Of a DNA stretch of 64,000 nucleotides, positions 63,248-64,000 are shown piece by piece. Under the pieces are notes generated by a model. That model saw nothing but the letters and a program-made list of their open reading frames with translations. It had not been told where the DNA came from and made no database searches. The stretch comes from Isurus oxyrinchus (lineage: Eukaryota). Location of the stretch: assembly GCA_026770705.1 (NCBI GenBank), contig JANJGN010000020.1, forward strand, positions 21,328,001 to 21,392,000, in the 5' to 3' direction. The first letter of the stretch is position 1, and the number at the start of each line of letters is the position of its first letter. Made by a program: the position numbers and the translations under genes.

Positions 63248-64000
63248 ATAGAGTTTGTGTTGAAAGCAGATCTGTAGTTGCTGCTGAATACCCTGTAAAT
63301 AAACTTAAAGTTTCCACCCAAGAAGTGTCTGCTGATCAACTCTATCAATAGTACCAACTTGGCCTCCGCTCACAGCACCTTTATATGAAATTCTCCTGGT
63401 GAGAAGATCTGACACAGGCACTATAAAACAAAATGGGAAGCCATTTCCACAATGCTTTATCCTTACCTTAGTTTTTCAGTTGTCATGCTTGAAATAAAAA
63501 ATAATGTGACTGGATACTTGCAAAGATGAAGTGAAATTTTAACCTGATATGACACCTTCATTTCCTATTTTAGTACCAATTTTAGCACCATTATAATGAA
63601 ATGCTGCTTGCAAAATCTTTCAAAAATTCCAAATAGTGTAGCAATGGTATTACATCTCCTTAGGAAGCTTCACTAAATGCAAAATCATTTACAATCAAGT
63701 TCCATTCACCTTGCTCTAATTATCTTGTGGAACAAATGTTTGTATGAAACATTTCTTGCACTGTAGTCCTCTCATACCAAATTCTGCCTGACATAGATCA
63801 CAGCTCAAGTTAACTTCTGTTACTTCACTTTACACTGTATATTGCTTCATTCCCATTTCTGGGGTTTTGTTGTCTTCTATGTACGCAATCAAGAATTTGG
63901 GAGTCTTGATAAACTGTACATTTTCACCAAGGTGGTTGGGAAAACTGGTGAACAATGGAGACTCACTTATCAGATTGAAATTCAATTTCACTGTTGTCTA

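Overview
Eukaryotic, repeat-rich vertebrate DNA whose repeat families (CR1 and L2 LINEs, Deu-type SINEs, Penelope-like elements, Harbinger MITEs) point to a cartilaginous fish (shark/ray); the taxon is an inference. The only well-supported host coding sequence is two minus-strand exons of the MAPK-binding tyrosine phosphatase PTPRR: the KIM exon (4912-5098, absent from the ORF track) and the exon starting the catalytic domain (3656-3740). Everything above 5098 appears to be one intron of at least 58.9 kb filled with transposon debris. That includes a near full-length Penelope-like retroelement, two Gypsy LTR elements that both lack RT/RNase H, a decayed Harbinger transposase with many related MITEs, a chimeric CR1 and numerous LINE/SINE fragments. 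Nearly all ORFs in the track are TE remnants or chance ORFs. I found no convincing new multi-gene system. The best leads are Penelope-associated minimal hammerhead ribozyme motifs sharing a non-canonical CUGU core, the RT-less Gypsy architecture, and candidate frame-preserving micro/alternative exons that would splice into the PTPRR KIM. TE boundaries were read by eye and are approximate unless a TSD, LTR or TIR end is quoted.
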